64,000 nt of DNA from Camelus dromedarius (GCF_036321535.1 NC_087437.1:120096001-120160000), one strand, 5' to 3'; positions 1 to 14,050 are shown, numbered from the stretch's first letter. Numbers and translations are program-made. Notes: generated by a model from the sequence alone, not told the origin.

Positions 1-1156
<1,156 letters not shown>

Positions 1157-1929
1157 TCACCTGACATGCCCCAGGATGGAGGGACAGGTTTGGTCCTTGC
1201 TGGTCCTAAAAATCATCACGTCCCCATCACCACCTCCCACACCTGCACCGGATGAGGGTGCTCAACCATGGGAGCATCTCCCACCTGCCCATCCCACCTG
1301 CCGGGGACCACGTGGCAACTCCAAGTGAACGAGACAGAGGCACCCCAAGGACTCTCTAAAGGGGTGGCTGGAGCAGAGCCACACCCCTGGGGGGCAGCAG
1401 TCTCAAAATGGTTTGCTGGACAAGCAGGGGGCGGCAGACAGCCCGGCCAGACGACCTGATGACCTGAAGCCACGGCTCCCACCCCCTCACACCGGCCAGG
1501 ACCCGCAAACCCTCCACACCTGCCTCTCACTGTCCTGCCCAGGAGAAGCCCCTCGCCAGAGATGTGGGGATCCCCGCTATCTCCCCACCCAGCAGATTCC
1601 ATGTCCTTTCCTGTGCCTAAGCCTTCGCTCTGGCCTTCTTTCCTTCCTTCCTCCCTCTCATCTCTTACAGATACGCAGAGTTTGTAAAAGGGGGAGATAC
1701 TGCACCAAACGTGACTGGAAGGATGCAGGCCGGCCTACAACACCTACAAAACAAGCTCCCTCCTGGTCTGTCCTGGTTTCTGAAATCCCACAACTGCAGA
1801 CAGACTTTATCCTCCTGCCGGGACAGTGTGTGTGTGTGTGTGTGGCGGGGGGGCTCTCGAATGTCTGACCGCTAAGGAGGCCTGCGCCCCAGGACTCCTG
1901 CAGGTCACACAGCACTTGAGTTAGAAAAT

Positions 1930-2046
1930 TCCGTGGCGGCAAGTACAGCTCAGCGGCAGAGCGCGTGCTTAGCATGCATGAGGTCCTGCGTCCAATCCCC
2001 AGCACCTCCGTTTTATAAAATTAATGAATTTAATTAAATAAGCAAT
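1930..2046 (+). mobile_element. tRNA-derived SINE (Vic-1-like)
   Basis: A box agctcagcgg, B-box-like gtccaatccc, AT-rich tail, direct repeat ttagaaaat at 1921-1929 and 2047-2055. Confidence 0.75.
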
Positions 2047-2049
2047 TTA

Positions 2050-2140
2050 GAAAATGAATATATGTGTATGACTGGGACATGATGCTGTACACCAGAAACG
2101 GACAAATTGTAACCGACTATACTTCAATTAAAAAAAAATT
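2050..2140 (+). mobile_element. L1 extreme 3' end fragment
   Basis: Matches the 3' end of copies at 5582 and 62714 (gactgggac...acaccagaaa...acttcaat + poly-A). Confidence 0.7.
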
Positions 2141-3246
2141 AACCCTCCTCCCCAAATCCTACGGAGGCCACGGGAAGGCCGGCACGGACACAGGGACTCA
2201 AGCTGATCAGCCGCGGACGAGCCACGTAACCAAACTGAGCCTTGGTTTTTCCATCTGTAAAGCTGGCGCAGTAAAGCCAACTTCAGGGGCTCCTGCCAAG
2301 TTGAGCCACAGCAGGTCCACACCCGCTGGGAGCTCGCTGATGGTCTCTGTCCCCTGACGGAAGAGCACAGAGCAGTCAGCAGCTCTCGCGGGGCCGCGCC
2401 CGTGCAGCCTGAGCCCCCCCCGAGCAGAGCCGGGGGGTGGGCAGTGCTTGCTGCTGATTAGAGGATCCTCCACCGGGGGTGGGGGAGGCTCCGGCGATGA
2501 TGCCTCTGGGGTGCATCGGCCACATGGCCTCGGTCCCTCCCCTCGGTGGGGCCGACCCCCTAGGACCCCCGTGCTCTCTCCTCTCCAGCTCTCGGCCCCA
2601 GCAGCACCGGGCCTGGTCCCCCTCCAGGGCCTCCACTCCTGCCGCTTCCTCTGGGACAAGGCTGGCGTCTACCTGGGCTACATGCCCTGGAGAACAGTGA
2701 CTGGGAGGTACACTCCACCCTCCTATGTTCCTGGAAACAGCTTCCTGCACAGAAGCCCCTTCCCCACAGGACTTGGGCAAGACTTGAGGGTGACCCGCTT
2801 GTGTGCCCAGTACAGGGCCAGCCCCAGCCTCCAGATTCCCCCTCTTTGTCTGATACACGAGAGATGAACAGTCTGTTGAAGCTGCGAGACAGCCACCTCC
2901 TGCCCAGCTGACAGCTGAGATGTCAGCCCACCCACAGCACGTCTCCTCCTCCTCACCAAAGTCCAGGACGCAACGGCCTCACTCTGCTGCGGGGATCCCA
3001 GCCTCCTCTCCTGCAGTTTCCAGCTTGGTTCTGCCCTGACACCTGCCCGAGCACGCCCCCCACTCCACGTCCGGGCCTCAGCTCACAGGCCACCTCCTCC
3101 CTGACACCAACTCTTGAATGGGCCGGGTCACCCCCTAGCTGACCAGTTGTGTGTGCATCCTGACTCCACCTGAGGTCATCTCGGTCACATTAATGCACAA
3201 CTGAGGGTCAGAGGGGCCCACAAGCCACGCAGGGCAGGGTACTCAC

Positions 3247-3353
3247 AAAGCTCACACTTCAGGCCAAAGTTCCTCCCAATCTTGTTGATCCTCACCATCG
3301 GGGTGTCCCCAATCTTCTTCAGGATATCTGGCAAGATTTGGGGGGATTTTGCC
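3247..3353 (-). CDS. CBS: Cystathionine beta-synthase, coding exon 2
   Basis: 107 nt, ttttag| ... |gtgagt; translates [35 protein letters not shown]; phases fit neighbouring exons. Confidence 0.98.
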
Positions 3354-5581
3354 CTAAAATAGAGTAGCCCATGATTACCCAGAAAAATAAACCAAAACGG
3401 TACCAGTCTTGGAGTCCAGCATATTCTTTAAAATAAATCAAAAAATAAATCCAAGAACTGGTTTTTACAAGGGATCTGGGTGGTGATTACACACATCTAC
3501 ACTTGGTAAAAGGTCACACGCTCATGCACGGGCAAGCACGCCCAAAACCTGCATAAACGAAGGTACTGAGTTAACAGCTGGACCAATGTTGCTCCCCGGG
3601 TCTGAGAACACACCGCGGTGGGCCTCCAGGCTCCGGGATACCCTTTTCATGGGTCACTGTCTCCTTCCACATTCTAGTGACTGGCCTCTCACCAGCAGTC
3701 CTTCCAGCTGAGAAGCTGGCGACCGGTGACAGGAGGGTGTGGGACAGCCCAGCTGCTGCTCAGCTGTGAGCAGACTGTTACACCCGCATCCTCTGAGTGG
3801 CCCCAGAAGATGTTTCCTCCACCATCACCCTCAGGGACTGACCGATGCAAAACCCACCCTCTGCCCGTCTGTGCCAAGGATGTGCCACCAAAATCACCCC
3901 AGAACAAGCCAAGCTGACTTGCACTCCAAGAAATGCAGTGCTTCCTACAGCCTGGATTCCCCATGCGCTGTCCCACGGTTCTCAAACCCAGGTGACCCCG
4001 GTCACCCTGCAGGAACCCATCGCCCCCACCTCCCAAGGTACTGACTCAGCTCCCCAGGAATACCACCCTCCACCTCGGGACCCAAACAGGCAGCAACACG
4101 GGCCAGTTGGCAAGGAGCTAACATCAGAGCCATGTTGGAGGCAGACTTGGCAAAGGGAGGTGTGGACGTTGGGGTGAGGGGAGAGCCTGGACCAGGGCAA
4201 AGGGCTCTGGACCCCGGCCTTGGAGGGAGACCAAGCCCTAGAGGCGACCCTGGGGTTGACTCATTAACTAGTTACAGCCAAGGCAGGAGAGTGCACACCT
4301 GGGATGGAGGGAGGCTGAGTCATCCTGCCCCAGCAGGGGCTGTAGGGGCCAGAGGAGGGTGAGGCCGGGCGGGGTGGGGGTGGGGGCGGACGGAGACAGG
4401 GTTCCCAACTCAGCACCAGGCCTGGGGGGCCGGGCAGAAAGTCCCCTGAGAAGCTTGCCTGGGGACATCAGGGCAAGCGTCAGGAGAAAGAATTTAACAA
4501 TTTATCCCAAATGTTTTCACTGTGATGGCCCAAGAGGTTTCTAGGAGGGGAACCCCACAGCGTCTTAGAATCAACCTGAAATCCTTCCCGGGGAGGGGGC
4601 CCTGCCTCCCCCTCCCCTGCACGGCCCCTATCCCCACTCTGCTGCTCCCACCTTGTTCCTCTTTCTGAGCCCATCCCACCTTGGGACCATCTGGAGCCCC
4701 CTTCCCCAGATATCCACATGGCTGGCACTTTCTGCCTGTCCAGGTACCGGCTCTGAGGCCTCCCCAGGCCGCCAGGCCTCATCCCCACTGTGCTATCTCT
4801 GCCAGGACCCCCTAGGCCGTCTCCTCCTGGGATCTGGCCTAGAGTCTTCCTAGCAGGTGAGCCCCAGCGCGTCGGGCCTGAGCCCAGCTACCCATAGCCG
4901 TGGGCCTGGATGGGGACAAGCAGCTTCAGGGCAGGAGAGCAACCCACCAGGGCATTTTAGGAGGGTCAGGCTTATACGTGAAATGCAGGTGTGACGCTGT
5001 GTCACAGCCTAGATAGGAGGGCGTCCTGCCCCCCCAGGCCTGAGCTAGAAGCCCCCCGAACCATTGGGAATCCCTTCCCTGCACACCCTGACCCACAGCA
5101 GCCACCCGGGCCTCACCCAGGCCTTTCACCTCCAGCTCTGGTTTGTTTTGGCAGCAAGGGCTCAACCTGTATGGCTGGCGGCCAAGCTGGCCTCCTAAAC
5201 TCCCAGCATCAAGGTGCATTTAATCTGGGAGCTTCTGGGTTTGTACATTTTATTTCTGTCCATTGGCCCCACGGAGGAGCGCACCCACCTCCCCACGCCC
5301 AGTTCTGAATCTAAGTCAATAATCATAAATGTTGATATAGCAGTGCACACAGAACAAGAATCAGACACCTAAAAGGTGTATTCTCTGACTCATTTGCTCT
5401 ACTCCCAGGAGGTCACACTAAGGAAGCAGAGGTTATCCTGAGATTTAGTAATCTTGACTTGCATTTCATGAAGGGTTAGGGATTTTTGCCTATTTTTTTC
5501 TTTCCCACTTGTTAATCTCCTGCACCTGGAAAGGGCCCAAATACAGCAGCTGTTTGTGCACAAGAAAGATGCACAGACTAA

Positions 5582-5974
5582 GAAAGAGAAAGAAAAAGAT
5601 CACATGATGTCACTCATATGTGGAATCCAAAAAAAAAAAAAAAAAAGAAAAAGGACACTATGAACTCATCTGCAAAACAGAAACAGACTCACAGACATAG
5701 GAACCAATCTTATGGCCACCCGGGGAAAGGGGGTGGGAAGGGATACATTTGCGAGTTTGAGATTTGCAAATGTTAGCCATTATATATAAAAATAGATTAA
5801 AATAAAACAAGCTTCTGTATAGCACAGGGAACTATATTCAATGTCTTATAACAGCCTCTAATGAAAAAGAATATGAAAACGAACGTATGTATGTGTGTGC
5901 ATGACTGGGCCACTGTGCCGCACACCAGAGACAGACACACTGTAACTGACTCTACTTCAATTGAAAAAAAAAAA
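5582..5974 (+). mobile_element. 5'-truncated L1 (3'UTR)
   Basis: L1 3'UTR motifs, poly-A tail, TSD atgcac(a/g)gactaa at 5569-5581 and 5975-5987. Confidence 0.85.
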
Positions 5975-6513
5975 ATGCACGGACTAAATGAACTGTGTTC
6001 TGCACCGCAGGTATTCACGGCGAGATGGCTGCAGACCCTGAATGCCCAACACAAGGCTTATAAACCGTGGCTTCTTCATCCCACAGTCTCGGTCCAACCA
6101 CAGAGACCCCACGATGGAAAAATATTTCATGACCGGAAGTTAAGCAGGAAAGGCAGGCACGATCCTAATTACTGAAAAATAAGCATTCTCACCTCAAACA
6201 GGAGCGTGCAGCCAGACGGGTGTGGGTTAGAAGCCTCACCGAAAGCGGTCGCTCTGGGCACGACCCGGGTGCATCCCTTTGTTTACTGAGTGTCTGCTTT
6301 TGGGCGCACTGACCTGGGTGCTGGGCTACAACGCAAGCAAGACTTGCCCTCCCTGAGCCTCCCACCCCCACCCACCATCCATCCCAAGTGCCTGCAAAGG
6401 CTGGAGAGTGGGGGGGCCCCCCTAGGTCCACAGGGCTATCTGGCTTCCAGGTACCAAACTCTTCCCCCCAAGGGAATGGACAGACCATCTTATGATCATA
6501 AATAGGGACTTAC

Positions 6514-6722
6514 AGGGCAGCGTGGTGATGTGGAGAGTCGCTGACAGGCTTGCCCAGCTGCCAGCAGCACCTGCTCGGGGCATCAGGACGGATCCACACG
6601 TGCTCTTTGGCTTCCTTGTCCCCCGGAGGCCCCTTTTCAAGGCTCCCTTTCCCCAAGTGTGCCCCTGAGAGGTGGGGGCACCCTGCAGCCCTCTCTTCCA
6701 CTTGGGGTGTCTCAGAAGGCAT
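6514..6722 (-). CDS. CBS: Cystathionine beta-synthase, coding exon 1 (heme-binding N-terminus; exon includes 8 nt 5'UTR to 6730)
   Basis: ATG at 6722 in Kozak context (CCACCATG); MPSETPQ...[15 protein letters not shown]...PHHH; 209 coding nt; donor gtaagt; acceptor ttgacag at 6731-6737. Confidence 0.98.
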
Positions 6723-6914
6723 GGTGGGATCTGTCAAAGGTAAGGGGAAGAATGTGGTCCGTTTGGGGTCGTTTCCAAAAACCTGCAGAAGAGCCTGCTT
6801 TATGCAGTAGATCCTGGGAGCCCTGCTCACCAGCCTCCCTCCCCAGTGTGAGGCTCTGTTCATTCATGTAGCTCAGCAGGAAAAGGCACCGCACGCAGGC
6901 ACCGGCTGCTGTGG

Positions 6915-7790
6915 ACCACGGCTCAGGGGTTCTCAAAAGGTTAAACATACAACTACCCTGTGGCCCAGCAATTCCACTCCTAGGCATTTATCCAAAAAAA
7001 AAAAAAAAAAAGGAAACAGATATCTGCACACCACATTCACAACAGCACTGTTCACGGTAGCCAAAAGGTGGAAACAAACCAGTGTCCATCCACAGATGAA
7101 TGGATAAACAAAACGTGGTTTAGCTGTACAATGAATAGTATTTGGCCATAAAAAAGGAATAAAGTTTTAAAATCTTCTCAACATGTGAGTGCATGCGCCA
7201 CCCCCCACCCAAAAAAAGCAGCTTGATAGCTTGATGGTGGTGTCCTTTCACAACGTGTATGTAAATCAAAACACCAAGTTGTACACCTTAAGTATATATA
7301 TAATTTTTATATATCAAAGATATCTCAATAGAGTTGTTTTAAAAAGATTACACTTGGTTCATATCTGGGTGTCCCCTCCAAAAAAATAAAAAGACTGCAT
7401 TTATATGATGGAAATAACAAGAGGAAACTGGATATAATAAATGTATTTTTACCCTGAAAAAAAAAAAAAGGAATGAAACATTCTTAGTCAAATCAGCCAG
7501 ACACAGAAGGACAAGGGCTGTAGGACTCCACCCATGCGAGGGACCCAGAACAGGCAAAGCAGAGACACTAAGGGGTTAGGAGGGTCCCAGGTGCGGGGGT
7601 GGGGGTGGGGCACTGTTTAATGGGCAGAAAGTTTGTTAGAAATGATGAAAAGTTTTGGGTACAGGTAACGGTGATGGTTGCACAACACTGTGAATGTATA
7701 TAATGCTACTGAATTGTACACTTACGAATGGTTAAAATAAATAGTATATTCGGTGTATTTTATCAAATTTTCAAAATTTCATGGAACCTT
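6915..7790 (+). mobile_element. Old L1M fragments (ORF2 end / 3'UTR)
   Basis: ccagcaattccactcctagg, tgtccatc...gatgaatggataaacaaa motifs. Confidence 0.75.
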
Positions 7791-7971
7791 AAAATAGATG
7801 ACAAAAAAATGGAAAAAAGAAAAAGGAATGGGCGCCCTCAAAGAAGAGGCGGCGGGGCTCCTTCTGGGTGACAAGGTGCTCTCTCATCTTCAGAAGCCCT
7901 TTCCTGCCTCCTGTGATTTTCCACACTGAACGGAAGATGAGTCCACAGCTGGGCACAAAGCCATCACTCAC

Positions 7972-8057
7972 CAGGCTGAAGGCTGAAAATTCAGCACAGC
8001 ACCAGCTCTGCAAGAGGCCGTGAAAGCTAAACGTAACGCGGTCTCCTGGATGGAATC
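7972..8057 (-). other. CBS: Likely CBS non-coding 5'-UTR exon ('exon 0')
   Basis: 86 nt with branch-like cctaat, pyrimidine tract and ttccag acceptor, CTG|gtgagt donor; resembles recalled human CBS 5'UTR exon. Confidence 0.7.
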
Positions 8058-8245
8058 CTGGAACACAAAGGGTATTAGGGGAAATCTGAGTAAGTATGGA
8101 CACCGTTTAACAATAATGTTCATGAACTGTAACAAAGGCACCACACTAATGCAAGACGTTAGCATTTCCTGGAACTGGGCGAGCGTGGGGGCGGTCTGTG
8201 GGAGCCTTGTGCTGTGCGCTCTATTTTTCTGTAAATCTGAAGCTG
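7990..8245 (+). mobile_element. Old L1MC/MD-like 3' fragment overlapping CBS UTR exon in antisense
   Basis: ctggatggaatcctggaaca...caccacactaatgcaaga...tttttctgtaaatct are typical L1MC-type 3' end motifs. Confidence 0.65.
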
Positions 8246-10048
8246 CCACACCCCTCCCCCAAAGACCCCAGCTGCGCGAGTTTGGAAGTTCCCTGCAAGG
8301 AACTCAACGTGGGGGATGTGGCTGGGGCGGGGGGTGGTCTCTGAGTGCAGCCCCCACTGCCCCTCCGGGAAGCTGGAGGGACCCCAGCCTTGCGCGTCTG
8401 CCCCTCAAGGTGCTTCAGAAGGCAGTTTTACTGTGAAAAGGTCGGGTGGGCCAGGCGGAGCTGGGCTGAAGGTGCAAAGGGCTCCTTCCTCACTTGGAGG
8501 TGAACGCGGAGGTTCTGGGACCCGCCCGCCTTCTCTTCGAGGGCAGGCACCGGCCGGGGCACCGCCGCCCCCAGCAAGGGCAGAGGCAATCCCAGCTGGT
8601 TCCGTTTCTCCCAGAGCAGGGCCAGGTGCAGACCAGCGCCAGCAGGTCGCCCTCAAGGAAGGAGGAAACCCCCAAGGCTTGGCAATCACATCCCTTTCAA
8701 AGCCACCAGGCCTTGGCTGTGCTCCGCGGTAGCCCGCGGGGAGGTGATTCTTCCTTCTTGTAGAAGCGCCCCGGTCGTAGACCTTTCTCCCCACCAGAGG
8801 CCAACAGGCCGGCGGCGCCCTGGCTAGGTGGGTGCCTGCTGGGCCGCAGGACTGGCCCGAATACCACGCAGTCCGGCCCCGCAGACACAGGCAGCCCTTC
8901 GTCCCCTATGTGGCGACTTGCCTCGCCTTGCCTGGAGCAACCTCCCGAAAGGTAAGGGGTTGCTGGGAACACTGATGAAACCGTTCGAGTCTCCGTGGGA
9001 TCCACAGGCACGCGGCGGGATGCTCGCTTGGTGACCCAGGTTCAAACCCGCGGACTGCGTCGCGCCCAGCCCGGCTCATAGCCCCGCGGGCACAGCGCCC
9101 GGCGCGCCGACGCACGTACGTCCTGGGGAGGAGGGCTCACCTGGCGCCGCCCTGCTGGCTGCCGCCTTAAAATGCCAAGACCCTCCTAGGGTCACGACAC
9201 CTAGCACCCCGACCCCGGGCACCCTGCGCGCATGCAGGCTGCCCCAAGGGGGCCAGTTAGGGCCAAGGGTGCGGACGGTAGTAAACTCCTTCAAAGTAAG
9301 AGTTTTCAGGTGGGAAATCGAGACTACTGTGGATCTGGAGGCTGCTCGGTAACCCGGCCTTTGGTGGGGTGGGGGTGGCATTTGGGGATACAGTTTGGGA
9401 AAAACACCCCCAGGTAATCCTTGGGAGGCTAACTTTTGCACTCCCGCCCCTCCCCCTCCCCCTCCTCCATTCTCCAGCTTAGCCATCCGTCTTGCCTAGG
9501 GTTCGAAGTGGCGGTCGCAGGGCACCCTCCCCCACCCCCTTAGTTTGTGCCAGGGGCAGGGCCCCGCGGACCCCGCGCCCCCTACCCCCGAGGGCACCCA
9601 CCTCCCGTGCCGCCCATGCAACTACGTCAGTATTTTACCCCACCCCCATCCCATACAACTGGCGGAAAAGAGCAATTTGTGAAACAGTCATTTCCCATCC
9701 AAAATCGATGATGGCACCATTACACTGTATCTCCCCCAAATTCCTCCCCGAGTCCCAACTCGACGCTCCCGGACTCGCGCCTCCTGCCGTCCCCTCCGCA
9801 TCTGTGGGAGTTGGAGTGGGGGCCCTGGGACACGTGGGCTAGGAACGCCTGGCTTAAGGACCGTCTGGACTCGCTGTAGGGGTAGGGTCCGGGACGCGGG
9901 GCGCGCGGGGCCCGGCCAGCTCTGCGGCGGGCAGGTGCGGATGATGCAACTCCAGCCGAGGGGTGGGGCGGCCGGGACCCCCTGCCTGGACCCCAACCCG
10001 ATCCTTCCTCCTAGCGGTGGGACGGGTCTCGCCCCGGCAAGTGCTCAC

Positions 10049-10180
10049 CTGGACCGAGACCAGGGAAGAGTGGTGGGCTGGGCGCATCCGGGAGTGGTGA
10101 GCGTTGTCCCGGAAAGCTGCGACTCGGAGACGCGACCGGGGGGCTGGCGGGCTCCGCCGGGACCCGGCTGCCGCAGTGGA
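10049..10180 (-). other. CBS: Likely CBS first non-coding exon (5' end approximate)
   Basis: Strong donor GTCCAG|gtgagc at 10049/10048, inside CpG island, immediately downstream of CCAAT/GC-box cluster. Confidence 0.65.
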
Positions 10181-10184
10181 AGGA

Positions 10185-10295
10185 AGGCGATTGGCTGAGG
10201 GGCGGGGGCGGGAGTCGGCATCCAGCCAATCCCGAGTTGCAAAGCGCAGGGCCGCCGCCTCGCTCGTCCCCGCCCCCGCTCCGCCCCGCCCCTAG
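10185..10295 (-). promoter_or_regulatory. CBS: CBS TATA-less core promoter (NF-Y and Sp1 type)
   Basis: ATTGG 10190-10194, CCAAT 10226-10230, GC boxes at 10199-10207 and 10268-10292; matches known Sp1/NF-Y control of CBS. Confidence 0.75.
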
Positions 10296-11809
10296 CTCCC
10301 TGCCCCCATCCCTCCCCAACTGCTGCACCTCGGGTCAGGACCCCAACCCCATCCCCCACTCTCTTTTGACGCAACCACCGTCCTGTGGTCCCTGTTCCCT
10401 TCTCTCCTCCCGCTCCCGGGACTCCGCCCTCCCTGCATGTCCCCTGCCTCTACCCCCTCCCCCGCCCCAGGACCCTAACCAGAACCGCGCATCCAGGGGC
10501 GTGCGAACGCTCTGTACCCATGTCCCGATTCTGTTTTACTTGGATAACCGCTTGCTCTGCGGGAGTGTAGTAGGTATTTACTGATGAGTTAAAAACGAGC
10601 GGCCGCAGAGGGAGGGACTTGGAAGTGCCCTGAGGATGAGCCTCAGCAGGGATCCTGCCTGCCAGGTCCCTCACGCCCGCCCTGGTCCCGCGACCACCGG
10701 GCACGGTTCTTTCTGCGGCGGGCCCAGCGCTTGCACGGTAGGCGCTGGGCACCTGGGCTTCGGATTCACTGTGGCGGGTTTGTCGTGGTCCAAGGGCCAG
10801 ACATGCACAGTGCTTCTCCATCCGAGCTCCCCCGTCTGCCGAGCCCGGCCACTGCTCCTACCGGACAGCCAGGGGACCTGAGCGCACTTGGACTTGGCCA
10901 GAAGCCACAAAGCCGCTGGGAACCGGGGTGCCAGCAGGCTCTCCCCTGCTACGGGCGCCAGGGACTGACAGCCAGGATTGCCTTGGCCGCTGGGAAGGCC
11001 ACACTAATAACATTTCAAACTGGGCGCACCTGACTTTTAGAGCTGGCCTGCCTCCTGAGGTTCCAGGGCTGAATGGAGAACCCTGAGGCCTGAGTTTCTC
11101 GAGTTCCTCCTGCACACTGCAGTGACTAAGTCAAAGGCGGAGCCTCCAAGCTTGGGCAGAGCCTCCAAGCTTGGGCAGACTTGGATGATGGAGGTACTTG
11201 CCAGCACCCAACTATTTAGGGCCCTGGCCACATGCCAGCAGCACCAGCATCATACTGCTCGGGAAACAGAGGAAGCTCAGACAAACAGGGCCCCTGCCCC
11301 TGTGAGGTGGCCATTCTAGGGGACGGGGCTCAACAAGATACCATTTTACAAAAAAATTTCCACTGATGAGAACTGATATGAAGGATGATACAGCCAGGAA
11401 CAGAGAGAGGTGGCAGTGAGAGAGCCCTACATCATGTGGTCAGGGAGCCTCTCTGGACAGGTGACACTTGAGAGCTTAGGAACCACCTGTCCTGGAGAAG
11501 GTTGTCCCTGGCTGAAGACAGTGCAAATGCCTGGGGCCTGAAGGAGCACAGAGCACAGGGCATTAGAGGAACCAGGGAGGGTCAGCGTGGCTGGAGCAGG
11601 AACAGGAGGGTGGGAGAGGGTGTTGGGTCCTGAGGCCCTGCAGGTCCAGGCCAGGACTCAGACTTTAGCCTCAATGACCTGGGGCCCTTGGAGGGTTTGG
11701 GGGGGGTGTTGATTATGCCCTGAATTATTTCATCTTGCCGTAATTTCAGACTGCCACGAAAGTATGAGAATTCCCAGACACTCACTGACTCCCTAATGCT
11801 AAACTCTCA

Positions 11810-12140
11810 CTGACCCCTGGATCATTTGGAAATAGGGTCTCTGAGTATATAACTGATGTGAGACGGGTCATACTGGGTAAAGAAAGGGCTTCTAAGTCCA
11901 TTACAACTGCCGCCCTCATAAGCGGGAACTCTGGACACAGACCTGTGGAGAGGACACGCTCGCGTGAAGACAGAGGCTGGAGTCGCACAGTCACAAGACA
12001 AGGAGCACTGGCAGCAGCTGGAAAAGGCAGGACGAGCCCCCCAGGGCCCTCAGAGGGAGCAAGCCCTGCCAGCACCTTGATTTCGGACTTCTGGCCTCCA
12101 GAACTGTGACAGACAGTAAATTTGTGTTGTTTTAAAACAC
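11810..12140 (+). mobile_element. MaLR (MLT1-type) LTR
   Basis: atttggaaatagggtct...caccttgatttcggacttctggcctccagaactgtga. Confidence 0.75.
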
Positions 12141-12699
12141 CCAAAAAGCTCACCAGTGAAGGCAAAGGTAGGAAACTGCACCACCAAGCCAGCAGGGAGG
12201 GTAGAGGACAAAAGCAGTACCATCGTCTGTACCCACAGAAAGCAGTTACCCGTGGGACGTGGGACCCTGTGCTGCCATGCTGGTGCCTGGACAGACGCCT
12301 CCTCCAGCAACGGAGCACAGAGAAACTCTAAGGGACTAAAAATAACTGTGAATATGCGGGTAAATTATGAACAGCAAAGTGCAAAAAGACCCCAAACCCA
12401 ATTGCCACTTTTGGGGTGTTGGGAGCAAAAGCAGGGTACTGTGCATGATCCCTGCACACAGCGCCACCAAGCGGGTGGGCTGACCACCTAAGCCACCCCT
12501 CCAGCCCGAACCCTGGACCCACCCCTACCCTCACCCCATGTAAGGGACCAGCTTGCCCCCAACTCAGGGAGCAAGCAAGGAAAATCGTTACTTGCTTTCG
12601 TTCTCTCGTGCTGAGTTCCAACACAGCCTTGCTTGAAGTTCTCTTCTGGTCTCTTACCGATTTCTATTGCTTAGGGAGTCCAAGAACCCTGGCCGGTAA

Positions 12700-14050
12700 C
12701 AGATGTAAAAGATGACATCGAAAACAGTCATCCCGAGGGGAGGAGGGTACAAATGCAGGGTATTTAAAATGCATTTGAAATTAAGAGATCAGCAACTTAA
12801 AACAATCATGTATATAAAACATCCAATTTGTATGGCAGCCAAGCATTAAAATTTTCTTCTTAATTTTGACATAATTTTAGATGGTCAGGAAAGTGGCACA
12901 AAAAGCACAAAGAATTTCCAAAAGCCCTTCATCCACATTTCCCAAATGTTACATTTTTATTACATTTGCTTTATGCTACTCTGTCTCTGTCTCTCTCTCT
13001 CTGACTCATACAAATAAAATACCAAGCTAACTATCTGTCATCAATTTATCTATCGTCTATCTGGTTTTTCTGAATGTTTTAGAGTAAGTTGGAGACACGA
13101 TGTCCCTTTATCCCCAACTTTTTGGGTGTGTATTTCCCAAAACCAAAAAATTGTTCTCTATAACCACAATCCAACTGTCAAAATCAAGAAGTTAAACTAA
13201 AACTGCCCTAAAAAAAAAGCTTTAAAAAACAAACCAAAAAAACAAGTTAATGTTGATACAAAACTACAATCTAACCAGCAGACCTCACTCTGTGTTTGCC
13301 AACAGTCCCACTCGAGTTTGGCATAGCCAGTCCCTGATCACATGCCACACCCAGTGGCTGTGAGTCTTTAGCCATGCTTTGTATTACAACATTGGCATCT
13401 TTGAAGTGTATGGGCCAAGGACTTTGCAGGATGCCCCCTAGCTGGCCTGCCTCCACCCCGGGGACATGCTCTGCACAGAGACCACAGGAGCGGTGCTGAG
13501 TCAGTGTCTGTGCCCGTCAGGGCCACCTGCCATCTGTGCGTCCCTCCTCTGGCAAGGGTGGCTTGGCCCACTTGCCTCTCTGCTGTAAAGTTACCATTTT
13601 CACTCTTGTAATCAGTAAGCATCTTAAGGGAGATGCTTCGAAATCATGCAAGTATCCTGGCATTTGTTATGTCTTTTTCTCTGCTTGCAGCTTCCATTCA
13701 TGATTTCTGTCAGTTTCAATTATAATGGTTGCCAAGTGGTGGATTTCTAATTCCGTCATTCCTTCTACATTTATTATCTGGCATTCCACTATAAGAGTTT
13801 TTCTTCTCCACTCATTTATTTATTTAACCAGTGTGGCTTCATAGATCCTTTTTTAAAAAAGCCTACATTTTACCATTGAAAGTGTACAATCCAATGGGTT
13901 TTCATATGCAAATACTAACATTCAGTCCTCACAGAATTGTGCAACCATCACCACAACTTAATGTTAACATCTGTGTCACCCAGAAAGTCATCCTGTACCC
14001 ACCAGCAGTCATCCCTCATTCCCCCATCAATGTAGCAGCCAGGGGTAAAC
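12700..14050. mobile_element. Nested old L1M fragments, mostly antisense
   Basis: AT-rich, L1M 3'-end-like motifs (cacagaattgtgcaaccatcaccaca). Confidence 0.55.

Larger units (their letters stand above)
8400..10750. promoter_or_regulatory. CpG island at CBS 5' end (limits approximate)
   Basis: High GC and dense CpG over ~2.3 kb. Confidence 0.8.

Noticed and set aside
6823..6910. Possible CBS UTR exon with gtgag donor just upstream of coding exon 1
   Set aside because: Weak acceptor; the 7972-8057 segment fits much better.
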